In this document: positions 34,983-38,399 of the stretch, piece by piece
Layout: each line of letters opens with the position of its first letter
Position numbering within the stretch: the stretch's first letter is position 1
IMG/VR virus record: IMGVR_UViG_3300017540_000011
Location: 1 to 38,399 of that record
Direction: 5' to 3' (one strand)
From: a virus
Taxonomy: Duplodnaviria > Caudoviricetes
Length of the DNA: 38,399 nucleotides
The notes under the pieces: model-generated
The model's database searches: none
What the model was told of the DNA's origin: nothing
What the model saw: the letters and a program-made list of their open reading frames with translations, nothing else
Position numbers and translations under genes: made by a program

Positions 34983-35132
34983 ATGGGGGAGGAGGGACGT
35001 GACGAACTTCAGAACCCTGTAAGAGTTTCATGAGTAGTCTCCTCAGCGACCCCTCATCGTGGGGGCAGCAATACCCGGCCCGCCCGACGTTCATTCATAC
35101 CTATCGGGAGGGCCAAGCTGAGGAGGACGCAC

Positions 35133-35504
35133 ATGCGTCAGAACGCCAAGGGTTTCACGCTCATCGAGCTGCTGATCGTCATCGCGATCATCGGCATCCT
35201 CGCCGCGGTACTCATCCCGAACCTGATGAGGGCCCGCCAGGTCGCCGTCGACCGCGCCGCTCAAGGCTATGTGCAGAATGTGTACACTGCCGCGAACGCA
35301 TACATGGCGGAGAACGTTCAGGCCAGCGCCGCAACGACCGTCGCGATCGACAACGACTGTAAGGACGGCGTGACTTACGGGCAGTACAGCGCGAAGCAGC
35401 CGAGCTTCACGATCGACACCTGCACCGTAGCCGCTGGCGCTACCGGCATTACGGTGAGCCTGACGTACCAAGGCGGCACTTCAACCACGGCCAGCATTCC
35501 GTAA
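35133..35504 (+). CDS. pilA: Type IVa pilin (major-pilin-like)
   Basis: Class III signal MRQNAKG|FTLIELLIVIAIIGILAAVLIPNL with Glu5; two Cys in the globular domain; AGGAGG SD. Confidence 0.93.
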   Translation: MRQNAKGFTLIELLIVIAIIGILAAVLIPNLMRARQVAVDRAAQGYVQNVYTAANAYMAENVQASAATTVAIDNDCKDGVTYGQYSAKQPSFTIDTCTVAAGATGITVSLTYQGGTSTTASIP

Positions 35505-35520
35505 GGCCAGTTCTAGACGA

Positions 35521-35555
35521 GAAGTCGGCCGCCCTCCGGGGCGGCCTTCTTATTT
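35521..35555 (+). terminator. Intrinsic terminator after the pilin gene
   Basis: GGCCGCCC-TCCG-GGGCGGCC followed by TTCTTATTT. Confidence 0.85.
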
Positions 35556-35579
35556 GATGCCCTGGCGCCCCTAGTGCGC

Positions 35580-35642
35580 TAGAATCCAGCCATCTACGGC
35601 CCTCCGGGCCGCGAGCAATCGCGGACGGAGGGCTGTCTCATA
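35580..35642 (+). promoter_or_regulatory. -10 box (TAGAAT) plus SD-sequestering leader hairpin, copy 2
   Basis: CGGCCCTCCG..CCGCGA-GCAA-TCGCGG.CGGAGGGCTG; GGAGGG followed by 7 nt and an in-frame ATA. Confidence 0.75.
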
Positions 35643-36158
35643 CCAGCTCCGACACAGAACGACCTCATCAGAGCCGCCGCCTGGCAAGCCGCCCGGGGCC
35701 AACTAGCCGGCCTCCCCAAGGACCCGTACTGGTGCCTGAGGTTCGTGCGCCTGATCATCGAGCGCGCCCTCGGCCTCAGGGACGGCGAGCTCTACCAGCG
35801 CTACCTCATCGCCGGCACCAGCCGCCGCCCCGGCACGCCTGAGCAGCGACTCGCCGCCGCCCGCAAGGACGTCTGGGCCTCGGACATGGAGGCCTCCGCC
35901 AAGCTCGGCGGATGGGGCGTCCCCTTCGCCGACAGGCAACCCGGCGACCTCCTCTTCAACTACCGCGCCGCCGAACCCCAAGGGCACGTCGCCATCCTCA
36001 TCGACCGCAACACGGTCATCGAGAACGCACCCCAAGGCAACCGCCCCATCTCGATCCACCTCCCCAACTCCATGTGCATCACGCCCGTCGAGGCCCTGTC
36101 ATGGACCCTCGCCGCGCGCGTGCCCGACCTGACGGGAGGTGGGAACCACTCCGGCTGA
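35640..36158 (+). CDS. Putative endolysin, NlpC/P60-CHAP cysteine peptidase (non-canonical ATA start)
   Basis: WCLRFVR (Cys, upstream of the track start), QPGDLLF, GHVAI, VIEN; precedes holin-like genes. Confidence 0.75.
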   Translation: MPAPTQNDLIRAAAWQAARGQLAGLPKDPYWCLRFVRLIIERALGLRDGELYQRYLIAGTSRRPGTPEQRLAAARKDVWASDMEASAKLGGWGVPFADRQPGDLLFNYRAAEPQGHVAILIDRNTVIENAPQGNRPISIHLPNSMCITPVEALSWTLAARVPDLTGGGNHSG

Positions 36159-36289
36159 CGGGCCGGGGCAGCTCGTAGCGAGCGAGCATCCTTCCTTCGA
36201 GAACCGGCCGGGGCGCCCTCACCGACTGCGGCGCCCCGACCAACACCCCGCCAACCCCGCCCCCCGACCTGGGGCGTGAAGGGACACGG

Positions 36290-36802
36290 ATGAAGCGAAC
36301 GAGACTCCCAGCCCTCACCCTGGCGCTGGTCACACTGGCCGCGCCGCTGCCGCTGGCCGTGGCCGCCGCGCCGCCGACGCTCGAGCTGGCCATCGCGCCC
36401 GCGCTCGAACTGACCCCGCTGGCCGCCGCGGCCAACCCGGCGATCGTCGCCGGCGACGACACCACGGCGCCCCTGCCGCCGCTGAGCCCGAACCCGCGCG
36501 ACTGGTTCGTGGACCACCTAGCGCTCGCCGCGACCATCGCCATGGTCGTGCAGTTCCTGAAGAAGAACGTCCTCCGAAGTCTGTCCGGCCTCTCGACCGT
36601 GCTCGCGAGCCTGGCCACCGGCGTGGTGCTGTCTGCGGCTGGCACGTTGAACCTGCCCCTGTTCGGGCGATTGCATGACTTGAGCCTCGGCGACGCCGTC
36701 ATGTTCGGCCTAGAGGCCGCCATCATCGCCTCGGGCGGTTGGGATGCGATCAAGGGGCTGCTCGGCCTGGGAAACTCGGTCTCGGCGAGGGCCACAGCCT
36801 AG
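36290..36802 (+). CDS. Holin-like membrane protein
   Basis: N-terminal hydrophobic leader plus about 3 TM segments; VVQFLKK and ASGGWDAIK resemble holin motifs. Confidence 0.65.
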   Translation: MKRTRLPALTLALVTLAAPLPLAVAAAPPTLELAIAPALELTPLAAAANPAIVAGDDTTAPLPPLSPNPRDWFVDHLALAATIAMVVQFLKKNVLRSLSGLSTVLASLATGVVLSAAGTLNLPLFGRLHDLSLGDAVMFGLEAAIIASGGWDAIKGLLGLGNSVSARATA

Positions 36803-37219
36803 GTGCGCCTTCGCCGGCACCTCACCACGATCCTCGCGACGACCGCGCTCGCGCTAAGCAGCGTCGTCGCGGCTGAAGACACCCCAAGCGACAGCGTCGG
36901 GGCAGGGCAGGCGGCGGGCACGACCATCAGCTGCACGCTCGCCGCTCCCAGCCTCCTGACCGGCTGCTACGTCGAGCGGCCCGTCATCGTGCTCGGCCCG
37001 GTGGAACTCGCCCTCGCGCTCGACGCGCAGGCGCACTTGACCGACCTGGCACGCGGCGACGTCGACACCTCGCACCTGGCCGTGTACGCGAGCGTAGGCG
37101 TCTACGAGGAGAACTGGTCGGCGTGGCTGGAGGTGTGGCTGCCCAGGTTCGCCGGCGTGACCCTCATCGGGACGCCTGACTGGCTGCGCTTGGGGTTCAC
37201 GTACACGGTTCCACCGTGA
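36803..37219 (+). CDS. Secreted beta-rich protein
   Basis: Signal peptide (VAA|AE region), two Cys, amphipathic strands ending WLRLGFTYT. Confidence 0.7.
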   Translation: MRLRRHLTTILATTALALSSVVAAEDTPSDSVGAGQAAGTTISCTLAAPSLLTGCYVERPVIVLGPVELALALDAQAHLTDLARGDVDTSHLAVYASVGVYEENWSAWLEVWLPRFAGVTLIGTPDWLRLGFTYTVPP

Positions 37220-37311
37220 GCGTGGTCGTGTTCGCGGCCGCCATCCTGGCGGCTTTCCTGGCCGGACTATGGGTCGGCGAGCTCGAGCTCAGAGAGGAAG
37301 AGCTGACGTGA
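37216..37311 (+). CDS. Small membrane peptide (31 aa)
   Basis: MSVVVFAAAILAAFLAGLWVGELELREEELT; GTGA coupled. Confidence 0.55.
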   Translation: MSVVVFAAAILAAFLAGLWVGELELREEELT

Positions 37312-37430
37312 AGGAAGAGAGTGCTTGGGGCCGTTGGTGGTCCCGCGTGACGGTCGAAGGCGTCATCACTGGCGCCGTGCCTGCCCTCGTGCTCGGGGCG
37401 TGGGCGTGGCACAAGTTCATCGGCGGCTGA
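37308..37430 (+). CDS. Small membrane peptide (40 aa)
   Basis: MKEESAWGRWWSRVTVEGVITGAVPALVLGAWAWHKFIGG; GTGA coupled. Confidence 0.55.
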   Translation: MKEESAWGRWWSRVTVEGVITGAVPALVLGAWAWHKFIGG

Positions 37431-37460
37431 CGAGGCCGACCAGAGATCCAAGGGGCACCC

Positions 37461-37778
37461 GTGAAGAGGAAGTCCATCGTCTTCCTGTGCGCCGCCCTCC
37501 TCCTCGCGGGGGCGCTCGCCCAGGACGCCATCGGCACCAGCCAGCCCAGCGTCGAGATCCGCCTGTCCCTCGTCGAGAGCCGCCTCACCCGCGTCGAAGC
37601 CGACCTCTCCCGCCTCTCGTCCGTCCCGACGCAGCTCGCGCGCATCGAGGAGCGCCTGGACGCCCTCGTGCAGAAGGCGGACGGCCAGGGGAGCGTGATG
37701 CAGTCCATCGCCCTCATGGTCTTCTCGGGCCTCGTCGGCGGCGGCATCGGCTGGCTGTTCAACCGCAAGAAGCCGTGA
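37461..37778 (+). CDS. Signal peptide + coiled coil + C-terminal TM protein (XhlA/spanin-like topology)
   Basis: ALA|QD leader; heptads LVESRLTRVEADL...IEERLDAL; C-terminal TM ending NRKKP. Confidence 0.75.
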   Translation: MKRKSIVFLCAALLLAGALAQDAIGTSQPSVEIRLSLVESRLTRVEADLSRLSSVPTQLARIEERLDALVQKADGQGSVMQSIALMVFSGLVGGGIGWLFNRKKP

Positions 37779-37781
37779 CGC

Positions 37782-38042
37782 TCACTCCTCGTCCCAGGTG
37801 AGCATCGGCCCCCGCCCCTCCAAGTCTGGGTCTGCCACGATCACCACCCGCAACCTGAGCGCCGCCACCACGTCCACGCCGGCCTCGAGCAGCGCCGCGT
37901 GGTCCCGCGGGTGAAGCCGCCACGCCGCGCCCTGCAGCTCCTCGACTGTCAGGCCGGCCACCTGCCGCGCCGCCTCCCGCAACTGCTCAGCTGCGGGCAT
38001 CGGCGGCGGCCGACCCCAGTCCGGCGGAGGCCTCCAGTCCAC
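37782..38042 (-). CDS. Hypothetical protein
   Basis: GAGG SD before GTG; plausible codon usage; convergent on the lysis genes. Confidence 0.55.
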   Translation of the reverse strand: MDWRPPPDWGRPPPMPAAEQLREAARQVAGLTVEELQGAAWRLHPRDHAALLEAGVDVVAALRLRVVIVADPDLEGRGPMLTWDEE

Positions 38043-38236
38043 AACCTCAGCATGGCCTGTGGAGAAGGGAAGCGGCCCCGCGAGGAGGGGGCGTCCGGCG
38101 GCGGGGCCAGGGCGAGGCTAGGACGCCGTCCTGCGCGGGACTCCCGGCCCCTCGGCATGCGCCTAGGGGCTCTAGGCTCTGAGCCCGTTCCGGGGGAAGC
38201 TGCCCCGGAGCTGCCCCGAGGCCGCCCCAATGAGTC

Positions 38237-38258
38237 CGGCGCCCCTCTCGGGGCGCCG
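38237..38258 (-). terminator. Phage-borne post-tRNA GNRA hairpin
   Basis: Minus-strand RNA CGGCGCCCC-GAGA-GGGGCGCCG, 18 nt after CCA; homologous to 223..248. Confidence 0.55.
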
Positions 38259-38275
38259 TGCCTCACGCGTTTTTC

Positions 38276-38352
<77 letters not shown>

Positions 38353-38399
38353 AAGCGCTCAGCAGTGTACAACGGCTGGCCGCGTCAGGGGTAGGCGGG

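Overview
Almost the whole window (265..38322, about 38 kb) is one apparently complete temperate siphovirus-type prophage in a very GC-rich host. The pilin sequence suggests a Deinococcota (Thermus/Deinococcus/Truepera-like) host, but this is inference. The prophage sits in a tRNA-Ala(CGC) gene on the minus strand, bounded by a perfect 46-bp direct repeat of the tRNA 3' half. Gene order: tyrosine integrase; inserted 2-gene cassette; CI-like repressor and RHH switch; excisionase; SMC-like ATPase/RecT/MBL recombination module; replication initiator, DnaC and RusA; terminase, portal, MuF; fused protease-scaffold-capsid; neck and tail genes; lysis genes. Most notable points: (1) a self-contained cargo unit with an intact type IV major-pilin-like gene and a divergent AbrB-winged-helix regulator; (2) a two-copy RNA hairpin that hides the Shine-Dalgarno exactly 7 nt upstream of non-canonical starts (CUG, AUA) of the capsid polyprotein and the lysin; (3) a cassette inserted into the integrase 5' end with a recoded duplicate N-terminus; (4) a likely +1 UUU-CGA tail-chaperone frameshift; (5) an in-frame amber codon cutting the DnaC C-terminal motif; (6) three CTACTA-N7-TAGTAG operators. 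All protein calls rest on motif recognition by eye and synteny; no database searches were run.
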